Assembly (NCBI RefSeq): GCF_000150275.1
Contig: NW_002060946.1
Span: 4,855,454 to 4,919,453 of the forward strand
Reading direction: 5' to 3'
DNA: 64,000 nucleotides
Source of the DNA: Trichoplax adhaerens
Lineage: Eukaryota; Animalia; Placozoa
The translations under genes were made by a program, and so were the position numbers. The first letter of the stretch is position 1, and the number at the start of each line of letters is the position of its first letter. This document shows, piece after piece, positions 1-14,366 of this stretch. The notes under the pieces are model-generated. The model was not told the origin of the DNA. It saw only the letters and a program-made list of their open reading frames with translations, and did no database searches.

Positions 1-490
1 CAGGGAAATTACGATTTAAATCGATACCACGAGCATTATAACGGCCAGTGACGCCAGATGAATCGCCTTCTTGAGCTCTTTCCCAACCATCGGGATTCAT
101 GGTGGGCATGATATGTAAGCGAGTAGAATCTACAAGATTCTTAACACGAGTATCACTAGGATAGTTGGTACAGATGTATTCGATCAAAAACAACAACAAT
201 TCACGTCCAGTAACTTCATTGCCGTGCATGTTGCCAACATATTTAAGTTCTGGTTCAAGAGACTCATGTTGTCCTGGATTGTCAGAAATTTCCATAACGT
301 ATAATTTTCTACCTTCAACGGATGTACCGATATCGTACAATCTCATGATAGAGGGGCAACGGTTGGCTTGATTTTGCATAAAAGATCGCAATTGAGTATA
401 GCTATGATGGGAATAGCTGGTAGGATCGACATCTGCGATGGTCGTTCCAGCAATTGCCAGTGTTAGGAGCAAGGTAGTAAGAAATGCCAT
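1..490 (-). CDS. M14B (N/E-subfamily) zinc carboxypeptidase, carboxypeptidase D-like, secreted; 5' part only, runs off the left edge
   Basis: Manual translation from ATG 490 (not in the ORF track): [19 protein letters not shown] (signal peptide) [144 protein letters not shown]. Contains the HGNE zinc motif, NPDG and DLNRNFP. No intron in 163 codons. Confidence 0.95.
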   Translation of the reverse strand, partial: MAFLTTLLLTLAIAGTTIADVDPTSYSHHSYTQLRSFMQNQANRCPSIMRLYDIGTSVEGRKLYVMEISDNPGQHESLEPELKYVGNMHGNEVTGRELLLFLIEYICTNYPSDTRVKNLVDSTRLHIMPTMNPDGWERAQEGDSSGVTGRYNARGIDLNRNFP

Positions 491-551
491 TATCGCAACG
501 AAGATAGACTTGGTGATGCAAGAATAACAACGTACAATAAACTATGCGTTA

Positions 552-559
552 TTTTTATA
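552..559 (-). promoter_or_regulatory. Candidate TATA box of the carboxypeptidase gene
   Basis: Minus-strand TATAAAAA about 60-70 nt upstream of the ATG at 490. Confidence 0.45.
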
Positions 560-3500
560 ACTTCGGCGTAACCTTGCTCGAATAACGGAGTCAATTGCTG
601 TCATTGATGACAATGTCAAGATTGACTGTTGTAATCCATTAATAATGTAAATAAATAACTAATCCTTCAACAAATAACATAGCTTACCGTAAGTATTTAG
701 ATACTCTATCGTGAGGATGACACACAATTTTTCAGAATTACAGATTATGTGGATAAAGCAGATGAAAATTCCATGAATTTATATCACTGATAGATGAATA
801 CAAACCTTAGATAAATGTGTTCATAAAGCCTTTCATATTACCTTAAGCTAGTATGTTCCGTTCATTTTTACAATATAAAAATAAAACTGCCGCCGGTAAT
901 TAAGAAATTGAATAGAATATTAGTGCACTACGGTAAAAAATTAATGAAGATAAAGGGTGATAGATTAAATCGCTTATCACGAGACCAATAGTATTGTAAA
1001 ATAGAATGTTTATTTAGCTATCGAACTGGAGGAGAGTCATTAATAAGATTAGCGACGCCTAATTTGATCACAAAAAAATGGGATATAAAATTTGCATATT
1101 ACTATTTAATGAGATCCGTAATTGAATACTATATCATTGTGGCTATTTATTCAAACAAAATTGAGCCCTAGGTGATTTATGGTCTATGTTGTTTTAACCC
1201 ATTATCGTGCCAATCCCTTAAATTTAATTCCTGAAAATTGGTATAAAGGACACTTTCAGCATGCTTGTTTTTACTGTAGAAATATCCATCAATATATATT
1301 AACCTGTTACCTTCATGCTATTAGGGTAAGAGAAAACAAGTAAATTAAAGAGAAGATAAATTTAAACATTGTACAGTAATTGTAGAGGCGTCATTTCAGT
1401 CAACTTAAATAAGATCATAACTATCGAATATTATCATCAAGTAATAGTGATTTAATCGCCGCAATAAACCGAAAAGAATATGGTAAGCCATGCAATACGA
1501 TATTAATAAACACCTCTATTTCAACAATGTTTTCTTAACGGTTTGAGGATATGCACAATAAATTAATAAAATGCTTGTTCACGTGCTGTACAAAAATCAT
1601 TGCTATTCCAATCTTCACTAAAAATGTGACTTTTCAATTCTCATAATCTACGAAATTATGGTCTAAAAATTGTGACGAAATTAATACTATCAATGTACAG
1701 ATACGGAACAGCTTCAGCAATTTTATGTACTACTATTATGTATTATATTCAACGCTAAATATCTATAATTTTACTCTACTTTTTAATCAAATTTATTGAA
1801 ATGATTACTAAGACATTGTTGATCTGGACATTGTACTCATGAATATGTACGATTTCGTTTCATTTTACCGATAACTAGCCTTTAACTTATAGCTTTAATT
1901 CAGGTTATGTCATAATAAATATTTTTCAACAGTACATCAAATCATTAATATTCATGTGATTACTATTGCGATTACATCCACCATAGGTTCTAAACTCGCT
2001 GACAATTTGATATGTAAATCAATTTCCATTATACTTTTATTAGTATATGAATATTTGTATACATGCCATTTACCGTAAATTGCTTATTAACGACTGTTGA
2101 GCATATATTAACATCAAATAGGATTATTTCGTTGTAAGTACCCTATTAAGACTAGTGAGTATATTATCGAGGCACCTTCTATCAATATTCATCCGCTTGA
2201 TGCATGGTAGCTAATCACTACAATTGATTTATTTGTGCTGCGAGATTCCAAGCTGCATCTTGATTATGTGTAATTAGCCTGATTAGTAGGATTTAACTGC
2301 CCCATAAGCGAACGTTTCTTTGCTGTATAAATTATTCAAGTAAGCTATACATTGCACACTTATCTATGATATCCATATTGCAGGTCGAGCATTAATCCAG
2401 GGCTACTTAACTGCTTAAATTGTAACATTATCTATGATACCATTCATGTCTTCCCGCGTTCCATAGTTAATATCCCGCCCAGCCTTCCTTGAAACGAGCA
2501 GCGCGGGGGGTATTTTATTTATACTACTGTTAGATGACTCTGATTATGGGTTGATTTCAATAGGTCAGTATAAGATTCTTACAGTATTTGTTACCTCAAG
2601 ATTTCTTCACGTAAAACGAATAGCTCTAAGGTAGTCATTTCTGCAGAGTACTGATTATTAAAATAGTATTCGTTATATTGCTAATGGTGGCTACTGGGCC
2701 CTTTCAATTTTGATTTCATGTAATATTCTGATGAAAATTGAATAAACGTAGAATCTTTATAGAGTTTTCTACACAGCCATTTTGATTATTACATTTTCTT
2801 ATAACGGTTGCTATCGATAGAGCAAGCTATGCTTGCATACTCAAGCGATCCTTAGACACATTATAATGATTGGAATAGAATTGACCACAGTACTAAGGAC
2901 ATTGTACAGCACTGTAGTCTGTAGATATCTTACAGTACCTGCTAATCTTAACTTGGTATGTCCATCACCGTACATTAGTTATCATAATGTGCTTTGGACC
3001 ATTAACTAATCTTAATAAAGCACTTCATCCGTGAATGCATTATTGAAAAGTGGTATTCTACTAGCATAGCTGTGAATATAGTAGTGCCTGGCTATTACCG
3101 GGATATAAATAATGTCGAATGGTAATACTATCTGTTAATTAACAAATAAGTACATTATCGTAAACCGTCAGCAAAGCGACGTGAATTTGTACTAGTGATT
3201 TTTTTAACATGTAACAACTGATCTACTTTTGGAAACGCCGGATGAATTACCGTGAAACATGTCGATAATTCTTAGTTTTATAGCCCAAATTTCTCTTACT
3301 AACCTCTATCTACACTTATATCAAAGAATGGCTATTTATTTTACATCATATCAGAAAGAATAATGCATGGAAAAATTCAGATCCCGAATAAAGGATAAAT
3401 AAGATTAAGGAAGGGAGATATTTGCTATTTTATAATAAGATTATATTGAAAGGCAAGAACTGAATGTGTAATAAAACCCATATCTGTATCATAATTATAT

Positions 3501-6500
3501 GCTACATCCTGTATGCACGCAAAAAAAAACAGTAAGAGTAGAGGTGTAAGCTAAGATAGGTATGAGCATTTAACAATACATTTATGGCACACTTAATAAG
3601 GTTGATATTGGAATTAATATAGAGCCTATAATCTTAATGATTAGATTTAAAAATAATGATTTGATTAATAAGTATTCGAATGGTTAATACTGTAGTGCTA
3701 TGTGGGCAAAGGCCGTTTGTGCATAAGTGCTAATTGAATTAGTATATTTTTTATTGTTCTAATATTGATAGTAGAAAAGATCTGTAACAAACCTCATTCC
3801 ATCCAAATTGAAAATATACGAGATTTCAAATAAATTGACACACTAAATAGAAGGAGATGAAGTTAATTTAACTAACAAGAAAGTGTACTGTACATCTCAC
3901 TAGGTCAAAAATTAAAAATATACTTAGGATAAAATTTCTAGCTAAACTATTGGAGATTGGATAAATTTATAAATTTAAGTAGATAATCTGTAGGATCCGA
4001 ATACAAAACTGACAAAAATAATCTAGATACAAAATTAGCTTCAATCAATTTTCAATTTTTAAGCCAAAATATAGAGATATTAGTTATTTCCAGACGCAAA
4101 GGTTGCTGATAGTAGTATCTACTCATAACTTCTGCTGTAATTCTTTTTGAAGTATATTAATATCTTAAGTTGTAGTACCGAGCAACCGTAATAGCATAAT
4201 TTTCAATTCTTTCAATTCTTGACTTTTAGGTTGTAATTTATTGCTAAAGCTTTGAGAGATCATAATAGACTTTTTACCTTTCAGACCACTCTAACTACTT
4301 AATTTAAATATACGGCATAGAATACTTGCAATTATATTGTTAACTTCAATAGGAAGGATAAAATCAGTAGCTCTATATAAGTAAGACTATAGGCTAAGAT
4401 TTTACATAAACCATTTTAACATTCATTAAGCTACGTAAAATTTAGAAATTCTGAAGTTTCTAACTGAACTTAGAGGTTTAAAGCTAGTATTTCCTCTGAA
4501 GGTATACTAATACGATATTGTAGTTATAATAATGTCGTCTTGAGTTTATTAAGTGATAATTTATTACCAGTATTTGCATCTCATTTGAGTTTATCCCGGA
4601 CTTTTAGTGACTGAACTTGATGTTTACTTGAGATTACTAAATTACGATCCATGCCGTTTCTGCTTCAATACATTACTTGATTTAAACCTCAAGCATTCAA
4701 AAATCTTTCGTTGTGGTTTATACTACATTATGAGGTGATTTACTTGCCCTATAATTATTGTTAATGTACTGGTGCGAATATACGCAGATGGATATTGTCT
4801 AATCAAATGAATGATAATTAATTTCCGTAGGAATTAATATTATCTCTAAGAATCAGTATTTTCCTACTCCTATACAGTGTATTAAGATTGTACTGTGATT
4901 CTAATATATTTACTGTATAATATAGTCGTTCTGCGTCCGTTGTTCTTAAATATGGATATTATTTACAGTCTTCTTACACTAGTTACAAATATAGCTTGTC
5001 ATGTTCAGTTATTTATAGCACTGCCATCCTGACTATTTTAAAACCCTTATGGCATGTATCGTATTTAATTCTACAATCCTTCTGTATGCGTTCTACTAAA
5101 AAGCTGTAAGTACTACGAATTTCTGCCTTCGATTTTGTTAATTGTAACAGTTGTAGTACTTGTACCTGATTTATTATTTTATAATAACTTCTTTGCTGCT
5201 TTGCAGTAATTCCCACATTCTACGCAAATTATAAACTCCAGTAAAGTATCCCGTCTCTACCAAGATAATTATATAATACTCTGAAATGGCAATATGTCCA
5301 CTTTTACTAACCCATTCAACCTTCCATCATATTCTGGACTTTGTTTTAGGCAGTTAATATATAATCCGTCATATCTCTGTATTATGTTGAATAGTATGGG
5401 CGGTAAACAAATCGGGTTATTTTATCCCTTCATTAGTACTTAACTATAGATTCAAAAAGTAGGACTAAACTTGGAATATATTTTTGTAAGTTCCATAACC
5501 AGTATAAAATACACGCTTAACTGTGATATTGGTTCATCATCTACCAAAATCATCCAGTTAACAACCTGACGAGCAATTCCCGAATTGACAGTTAAAGACA
5601 CACTCAAGTATATTTTTTATTAATTACTTTTAGAGAGAAGTCATAAAATTTACACAAATATACTACTCACTAAGAATATACTAAGAGGAGGCTACAGCTT
5701 CAATTTTAATGGCTAAAAATATTTGTTGGTAATAATTTACACTTTTGTTTCATCGAAGTGATGTATACCTTGAAGAGATTGTAATTAGTCGTCTACCTAC
5801 CATAACTCAATCAATGAAACTATTATTTACGGGTTTACTGCTAGACAGTAGGGTAGTTACTCGTAAAAATCAAACAGGAGACACTTTCGGCCCGATCTTT
5901 AAAAGATAGGCAGGAAGTCTTAACGTTATTCAACTAAAATAACCTTTTATGGATTTATCAGGCTTTATATCATGTTTCAGTTTTCTTCCGGTAGTTTTAA
6001 TATACTATAGTACAATCATATTTTAATTGGTTAATTTTGGTAGAGGTAAAGATAGTTCTTATATTGTTTTAACCCAGTATAAGGCAAGAGGTATTTGCTG
6101 TTTTAAGCTATGAAGTTGGTGTTACATTAAACTATGGACTGTTCTGCATCCTTTGATATACAGTATCTTACCTAAGCTGGGGCTATGGTATAAGACAGTA
6201 CTATAATTCGCAAGAGTGGTCATAGTATTTATAATGACTGCTGACTTAGTTAATGTTGTATACATATACTCATTATCCTCTTAAAGTTCAGAGATTTACA
6301 TGGTAAGAGTGATGTGAAATATCTTGGAAATGGAATTACAATCAAACCGTCATGGAAGTTATTTACCAGTAATTATGATACGATAAATTAGTAAAATAAT
6401 AGAACAACCTTATTATTTCCCTTTACGAGTCTTAAAGCACTATTTATTTAATTGGATTGGTAACTATGTACTGTAGGATTAAATGTTCTAATTCTCACTT

Positions 6501-9500
6501 TATTTGCTTGATTCAGGTAATGGCTTACCGGTATGATTTCAAAAGTTGATATTTTCTTTTTATCATAACTACGCTAGAAGGATAATAAAAGCTGAAAAGC
6601 AGGTGGCACTAAAAGCCTCCGAATAGTTTATTATTTTATTAATTGCGACCGGAAATTATGCTATTTTAAGCAATAGTTCGATATTATCATACTTTTTCTG
6701 TTCTTAAATTTTTTCTGACGCAGGAATTGTACTGACATGTTGATCACCATATCTGCCGATTATTATTTCCCTGATTAGCCTAATTTTTAGTAATACTTAT
6801 AAATAAATTATGGAGTTATTGTTTAATTATGATATCTTGCAGGCGAGTTTACTGTCCACCAAATTTAGTCGCACAGTTGCAAGCCAGTTTCAGTATACAA
6901 TTATGATTTACGATTCCACCTTGTTAATTGAAATTTTACAGTTAAAAGCTCCTTGTCTAAACATAGTATATATCAAGATAATAAATTATTTGATATTTAA
7001 ATTTTATTAAAAGTGCATAACGATTTCAAATGAGCGATTAGCAGCCAACTACAATATTTAAAATAAATCTGCTTCAATATACAGGAAATTTTATCTTCAG
7101 AATCATCTACGCCAATATCATTGTGTTAATAAGTGATACGGTATTAACAAATAGTAAATTAGCATCAGCAATTCGCATACCTTTAGGTTATTACACGGCC
7201 TGTATATCTCTTTGTAAAGAAATTTCCTAAAATAATTTAGAAACTCAATAAAGATATATTCGCAATGATACAAAATTGCTTCCATTTGAAATTTTTACAT
7301 CTTTGGGTCTCATAGATGATATCATTAAAACAAGTATAAAGTCTAAATGCTATGGTACGATGCAAAGGTTGCTATCAACTTTATCTTTACAGTCTCTCAA
7401 TATATCTATTAATGCTTAAGATAAAATAATAAAAAGTCTATGTAAAAGTTGCTATTATACAGAAAGGCTATAAAAAATTAACCTTGTGTATGTTTCAGGT
7501 TATATGTAAAGAGCAAATACAGCAATAAAAAGGCCAATGAGATATACGGGAAACAATTTAAAAAATCAGCTTTTATAGTATCGTATTTATTGATGTATTA
7601 TCGGTTGGAAGGTTAGAAACTACAATTTTGTAGGGGATAGAATCACATTTTGACACGTAGTTTACTCCATCTATTGTATGGGAGAGTCCTTCATAAAAAT
7701 TTAGCCTATAAGGGAAATTATGAAAGGTTAAGAACTAATAGAGAAAGGAGCTTACAAAAATAAGAGCTTCCCATTTTAGTAGCCTTTGATAGAACGCACC
7801 ATAATTTTACCGGAACATCTTAAAGAGTAGCTAGGTAGACAATAGTTTGCAATGTCGCATTCTATGCTATTCGTAAGGGAGCGCGAATGTAAATAATTAT
7901 TGGATGGTAACTGAGTTCTCCATTGATGTCTGTCCAGTTGTTGGTGCTCTGTTCCTAAAATATAAAGTTGCGAACGATCCTATAAAGTTCTGGCGTTGAA
8001 ATTATAGCATTAGTTGCAGAAGCGATAAACTGATTTGATTGATAATCTTCTTGATATACTTAGTGATTTTCTTAACCATGTTTGCTATAGTACTGCATAA
8101 AATTTTCAACAATACAAAGCTTCAGTGTTGAGTGCGTGGACGATCATCTAGATAGCCTTCACATACTGTATCGTATTATATTCGACGTTTCTTTTCTAGG
8201 ATATTTTTATCATCTATCTATACCATAGTAGTTGGTAACCCGATTTCCGTTGATTTTTTTAGCAGTTCCATAGCGAATATTAATATATAAGTATCATCAA
8301 GCGATAATTTTCGTTCATCTAGTTCAAACAATGCGCAATTTTGGGGTTATACTGAATGTAAAGACAGTAACCAAGCAGTTATACAACAATATATAAAATT
8401 AGTTCGATAACACTTAAATACCTACTAATTAGAAGCAGTATTGGGCCATCCAATGATTGTAATCCGTAGCAACATGGCGAGAGAATAGTAAGTTACTATT
8501 ATTAAAGTATTACTTATTGATATGAACTTTGCATGATTTAGTTCGCCCCAAAGTGAAATTGTGATCAATTTAGAGTTAATTTGGATTTATGATTGGTTCT
8601 ATAAAAAAATTCAGCAGCTTCCTATTAGCTAAAGTAGTAACCTTCTAGCCATTTGATCATTCGACGACTTAGGGTATTTGATTTCAGTACAAAAATGTAG
8701 ATAATTGGTTAATAACGTAATTGCTACTCGAGAATTTCGGTTTCTCATTAACGAACTGATCATGCAGTATTTTCTTTCTAGAATTAATTTAATTCCGAAA
8801 TAATGTCAAGTTTTATCGAAAGTTTTTCAAGATTTCATTCTGTTCAGTAATTTGATTCTCATCATGTTAATCATCGAAAATTATTTATGACTCTAAGCTT
8901 CCTCATCTAAGATTACGATCGCCCTAAACTACGCTGCAATTTACTTAATTCCTTACTAATTATTATGCCAATACATTCCAACCTACTGTAATTTCCCATA
9001 TCTACATGATATGACATAACAATGATATGTATTTCTAGTTTATAGTTGTGATTAGCTTTTCAGGAATGGGTTATAGCATGGTAGCTTTGCTGCAATCCTG
9101 ATCAGGAGTATATTAAATCAAGATTTAGATATCTATTAAAAGTGATTGAAAATGGCTTTTGGACTAATTTATAAAATATTACCGAATGGTTGATAATTGC
9201 TATTACGGTATTAAGAAAGATACTAGTTAAAATACAAATGTAATCTAGTAATAAAAAATAATGATAACTTATTTGATAGCCGAAGAAATCTGTCTTTACA
9301 ATAGGTATACGAACTATCTTACGATTTGGAGTCGTAAAATATGATTTATTTTTTAATTTTTGGGAATTTTATTTATTCTTACCTTATTGCTTAACCGATC
9401 TTGATAAAGTTTCGCAACTTTTTAATAAGGCTCTAAAGCCATCATCCATATGGAGTAACGGCATTTAGCTATCATTATACTAAGTATACAGTATAAATAC

Positions 9501-12500
9501 TGTGATGGAAGGTTCGATATCTCGGAGGATTGAGATTTAGTTGCCATTTACAATTAGCACACCAAAAGTTGTATAAAAGTTATACTTTATTTTAAGTAGT
9601 AAAGTAAGTACAGTGAGGTAGTTACGGTAGACCAGCGTGCAAGCTGTTGTGAGTAACGTGTGAAGTTGTACCAGGAAACTAACGATTTCTGATGTGGAAA
9701 ACGGCGGTATTTATAGTTTAAAGATAGAGTACATGCAGAGAATAGGGTAGTAGAATTAAATACAACATATGCCATAACATGTTACAACATAGCTGATGAT
9801 TATAGCAAACAGCGAGTACTGTAATAACTAAATACAGTAGCCTATATACGAATGTGAAGTAAGCGGACTGTAAATATGTCTAAATATAAGAGCAAAGCAG
9901 CATGTCTATATTTAAGAGTAGAATATAGTTACAGAATATTCTAAATACCCTACAAGTACCTGCATTGAGTAATTATCATAATTTATCCAAATAGTGTAGT
10001 ATGAGGTAAGACTTTAAGCTTTAGTTTGACGCCAGATCTTAATGATGTCTGCCTTCCCTGCGCCTGTTTTTGCTAAAATAACCGCTGTAGCTTATTTTAA
10101 TCTTTAGGGACGATATATTAATATAAATTTATTAGAAAAGCTAGTTATTTGATGTTCTCGTACAGCAAATTTTAGCTGGCAATAGGTGAGTGATCAAAAT
10201 AACTCGAAAATCTTGTTTGTAAAGTCGGAATTTTACTATCTCTTTCTGATTTTATTTTTCAAGATCAGCATGGCTGGAGGTAATTATCGATGTACATTGT
10301 GCTCCTATAAGAGCGAAACAATTTCGGCGCGATTAAAAAGGGAGTTATTACAGTAATTATACCTAGCGCTTAAAAAATATTGATTACTATTGCATCATAA
10401 TCCTTTAGCTGTAAACTAATCGTATAGACCGATTCTGAACTGCGATGAAGTACCGTGTAGAATTTGAAGTTGTTATCTATAATTCCTATTAGACTTAAGT
10501 TATGGTACCTAAATGTGCGTTAGCAGTTCAGAAAAGTCAGCGGAAAATCACCAGCTTTGATGTTCACTTGAATGTTATACATTTTATAATACGATTGTGG
10601 CGGATATCGGATTTCAGTAGTAAGTGAAGAAGTTAAAAAATTGAGATCGTATAGAACTTGTGTTCCAGGCATCTGAATTGGAGCTTATTAACATAATTGT
10701 TTGTATTTACTTACAAATCTACTACTGTATCAGCAAACTTCCTCATTCCAAGCTTTACAACAACTCATTAATAAATATTAGTTAAATTTAAACAATAAGA
10801 AATTATCTAAATAATTCATTCTAGTCGTTAGCTAAGTTAAATACGATAATACTTTTTAATTAATTAAGATTTTATTTGATTGTTAACCCTATACCACAGC
10901 CAAATTATGCATCTCTCTTGCCCTGTTATATGCAAAGAATTAAATCGCTGACCTTGACAGCAACTGCAAAAGTCAGTTCATAAATTACTTTTGTACTAGG
11001 ATTCTGAAACGTATTAAAAATGCTTGGATCCTTATGATTGCTGTGTTGCTCTGTATTATAATCAGTAAATTTGTGCTTGTATGAGCTATACTATTAATTT
11101 TGGAGCATGGTTTCCAGATTTGCTTTTGCAATAATTATACCTAGTTATAATTCGAAAAGACAGTATTTTTTACATATTTGACAAAAGAAAGCACGCACTA
11201 AACAAAATTACGGTAAATTACTCTTTTCCGATATCTCAAATGTATTGCCTATTTCTCCTTCAGCGTTTGGCGACTAGCAATAACCTACTCCACTGTAATG
11301 AATAGCCTTATCATGTGTGATTCCACCTGCCAGTTACTCTACTTATGACCATTTTCATATTTTTTAAAGTAAAACGATTTTAATGTTATCAATTATCTTG
11401 TATGTTTTCTTTTTGGATAAATGATTGTTAAAAAATTAATTTTATGGCTCGAAATCAACTAGAAAATCCTTTTCTTTGAGTCTTTTATGAGCCAAATAAC
11501 TTTTTATTGGCTTTGTATTTACACCTAACGCTAACCGGTATATTCTTTGATGAACAATTCTTTACTGGCAAGAGAAATATCGTACAGAAAACGTTGATAA
11601 AAATATTGATAATTAATCCTACCGAAAATGCTTGTATTAAGTTTACTGTTTAGCGGCGAATAACTAGAAATAATAAATTTATAGTGTTTAATTAACAAAC
11701 GCAGTGTGGACGCATGCACATACGTCCATATAGGTGTGCGTATATAGACGTCTAAGGTGTAATAATATGGAAGCAATGTTTTTTATTTATTATAAAGTCA
11801 TTTTATGGGTTTTACGTCTAAAGCGGCAAATTTTATTAAATATGTCGATGGATGTTAGACTCACTAGGCTTAAATAATTAAAAAAGTTGTTTAACTATGA
11901 TCGCTTTTCAATTGCGTAAAGGATATACTGACAATAATAACATTACAAAGGCTGTCATGCATGAATATGATGTGCACTAATTCATGCAACTAGGGTTATG
12001 CCTCGCTTTTTAGTAATGAACTTCCGCGTCTATAATTAATCAAACAGCCACCACTTCAATACAAGCCCTGTTAAAAAAATATACAGACATATAGAAGTGA
12101 AATTTATTGTTAAATCTTGTCGAGATTATTTACTACCATTATTACTTTTGAAATGGAAACGTCTTAAATATTATAGACCGATAGATTGAAGTAATAGTAG
12201 TAAAAAGTATTTGCGTTTAATTAAGTTCAATGATATACGGTATTATACTCCGTTAATATAAAATTGTACTGGCTAGGGTTGTTTACAACTTTGGATAAAA
12301 GTTGATTGATAATTGTAAAGACAATGGTGAAGTATAAATACAATACTGTGCCCATCTATTGCACTATTAAATAATATTGGCATCACACTGCGTTTCTGCT
12401 TTTTCACTATAAACTTCAAATTGTCCTTTGTTTTCAGTCTCTAGTAATTCAATAATAATAGCATAAAACTTAGCACCGGCTACTATAGTAGAGTGAATAT

Positions 12501-14366
12501 ACTTAACGGAATAATAATAATGTGAAGATGACAGAAAAAATGATAACGTTAGAAAAAGTTTGCATAATCCGACTATAAGATGACCGATTGATCGTTTGCA
12601 AATCAAGGCGATAAATAATTCTTCTAAACTAGAAATCATGATGCAACTCTAGCTCGACATATATAAAAGCAACATTAGCACTAAATAATAATCTGTTGTA
12701 TTCTTTTTAAGCGTGATAACTATTATTCAAGTGTATCCTTTCAAATGATAATCAACAATACGAGATGATAGAACTAACTGTGAAATCACATGGTAGGCCA
12801 AGGTCTAAATTAACATATTCAGAAAAGACATAAGCAAGGCAATGCATTCATCAGTTCTACAGGATATTATAATCATCAGTATTATCTTGACAGAATATGA
12901 ATATTGAGTAATTGGATCGTAAGTGGATTCTATAGGATTTTCCAGGATGTTGTAATAGTTTTTATTATTTATTCTTAAGTGAATTTTAGAAATTTACCAT
13001 AAAAACTAGCAAATGCATAGCTAGGTAAATAACTGTGATTTGATTAATCAGGTCGAATAATGTGGCCATAAGAGGAGATTTAAGATCCGTGTTTATAATA
13101 GCGACCATTTTCTTTCACGAGGAATAAAATACAAAAACAGATTCTTGCCGTGAAATAAAATTAGATTCAAGTAAAAATCAAGTAAATCAAGTAAAAATGA
13201 TGCTCTTCACTCTCGATGATGCTATAATTATCTATTTAAGGCAAAAACTATATTAGCAATATGCAATTCTTATAATCTACAATACAATATACTTACTGTA
13301 GTGTTCAAATTGTTATCTAGACGTCGAATCGACTCTATTGCTTTATATAGTAACATTGATGATTTAATTAAAGCCACTATAAACGATTAGATCAACAGTA
13401 AAAGTAGGTTCAGTAGTCCCATTTCCACACAGTATCTATTATTGTATGGTCACGTTTTTTTAAGTATTAAAGGCAGTAGTTTAGATTGACAATATTACTA
13501 CAATAGCTTTGATCATCAATAGCACTTGAAATATTTGCCCAACCCTCTTTTATCTTTGGTAATAACCACTGCGCCATCGCTGTAGCGTTGACGTAAGAGG
13601 ATAAATAGGTTAGCCGAGAGAGTATTGAGGCAGTCCAGTAGGTAAATTCCTCATTGCAAGCGGACCCAAGCAAAGCAAATTGGTAAGTTGGCTTTGTGTC
13701 GTAGGTAACTATCAACTGCCGCAGTTATAATATTGTTGCCAGGATACTTGTTGAAGTTGATTTGTCCGCTATAAATTAGGATTTTTGAGCAGTGATAAAA
13801 TTAAAACGAATGCGGAACTACAACATCAATCATTTTAGAATAACAATTTATACATTCAATGGGTGCGATAGATGTAACTTGATTAAGTATTACGGTAGTA
13901 GGAAATTTGGATACTATAAAATCACATTTTGCATTTATGATATCTGAAAAAAAAATGGAAGGTATTCCAATAAGTTGACCATATCATCAATAAAAGATGT
14001 TCAATATACTGTAGTAGATTAAATAAAGTAAGCAAAAAATATATATATATGGAAATGCAAGATCAGATGAGACAACTTGATGTCTTTTAAGTAGATAAAT
14101 TTTTAAAAATTAAGCGCATAAAATGCATAGCTTGACATATTGTTTAATTGAGTATTATAGCTGAGAGGATGATGATACTTAATAAACCGCGTATTTTAAC
14201 GACTTACTAGTATTTGTAATTAAAAGTGGCTAATTATACACGTAGATAAATAGATTTCAAATCGTTCATACTTTACTTCCGTGTATTTTTTCCATTAAGC
14301 TAAAGAAGTATCCTATCAAGTTGATCGTTTGCGGGCATATACTGTGTACACATACAAGATATCATT

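Noticed and set aside
165-371. 68-aa plus-strand ORF
   Set aside because: Antisense shadow of the carboxypeptidase CDS.
2451-2510. Small GC-rich patch with TTCCCGCG (E2F-like), CCCGCCC and TTCCTTGAA (GAS-like)
   Set aside because: Isolated short motifs with no linked transcript evidence; not distinguishable from chance.
5013-12639. Several 60-90 aa ORFs in the gap (5013, 6810, 9587, 11531, 12367)
   Set aside because: I/L/Y/F/K-rich composition typical of random AT-rich DNA; no domains and no consistent splice chain.
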